Source of the DNA: an uncultured Nitrospiraceae bacterium
GTDB lineage: Bacteria; Nitrospirota; Thermodesulfovibrionia; Thermodesulfovibrionales; Dissulfurispiraceae
NCBI GenBank assembly: GCA_963727805.1
Contig: CAVSHF010000005.1
Span: 736,001-800,000 of the forward strand
Direction: 5' to 3'
Length of the DNA: 64,000 bases
Shown here in pieces: positions 63,834 through 64,000 of this stretch (position 1 is the stretch's first letter; each line of letters begins with the position of its first letter). The notes beneath the pieces are model-generated. The model saw only the letters and a program-made list of their open reading frames with translations. It did not search any database and had not been told where the DNA came from. Position numbers and translations under genes: made by a program.

Positions 63834-64000
63834 TCAATTTCCTAATAATCCCTTAAGCAGCTCTCTTAATTCTTCCAGTTTTTCCCCAGCCGCCGAAAAT
63901 TTCCCGGCCCCTTGCAATGACTGGTACTCTTCCAATGCCCGCGATGCCTTCTTAATAAGTTCGGGAGTGCTCACTTTCACCTCTGTTTTTACCCCTGCAG
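63834..64000 (-). CDS. 3' end of a gene running off the window; resembles the UPF0182-family C-terminus
   Basis: Manual translation ...ELIKKASRALEEYQSLQGAGKFSAAGEKLEELRELLKGLLGN*. Confidence 0.5.
   Translation of the reverse strand, partial: AGVKTEVKVSTPELIKKASRALEEYQSLQGAGKFSAAGEKLEELRELLKGLLGN

Overview
A 64 kb bacterial chromosomal window. It is mostly housekeeping genes: lipA (partial), csp, mazG, purC/purE, htpX, trpEGD, rmuC, glnE, ispG, mltG, groESL with a perfect CIRCE, mqnD, glycogen phosphorylase, aconitase, lysA-dapF-dapA, mscL, a split Opp/Dpp transporter and four tRNAs (Cys, Gly, Glu, Lys). AT-richer accessory stretches lie at about 12.4-15.9 kb, 26.8-38.9 kb and 49.9-54.6 kb. 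The gene content suggests an anaerobic Gram-negative organism, possibly Nitrospirota- or Desulfobacterota-like; this is inference only. Main points of interest: (1) an Mla lipid-transport operon with no mlaB, whose MlaF ATPase carries a fused degenerate GGDEF domain and which is preceded by a PilZ gene; (2) a second PilZ gene embedded in the lysA-dapF-dapA operon; (3) a long RelA/SpoT homologue with an intact hydrolase and an eroded synthetase; (4) a double-cubane-cluster-type reductase with its ATPase activator; (5) repeated leaderless-mRNA promoter architecture; (6) several reconstructable mobile-element scars: a left-truncated IS256 splitting a PAS pseudogene, a decayed tRNA-Glu 3' copy, and an mscL remnant beside an IS200/IS605-like hairpin. 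No CRISPR array, rRNA or prophage was seen. All calls were made by eye from motifs; no searches were run.
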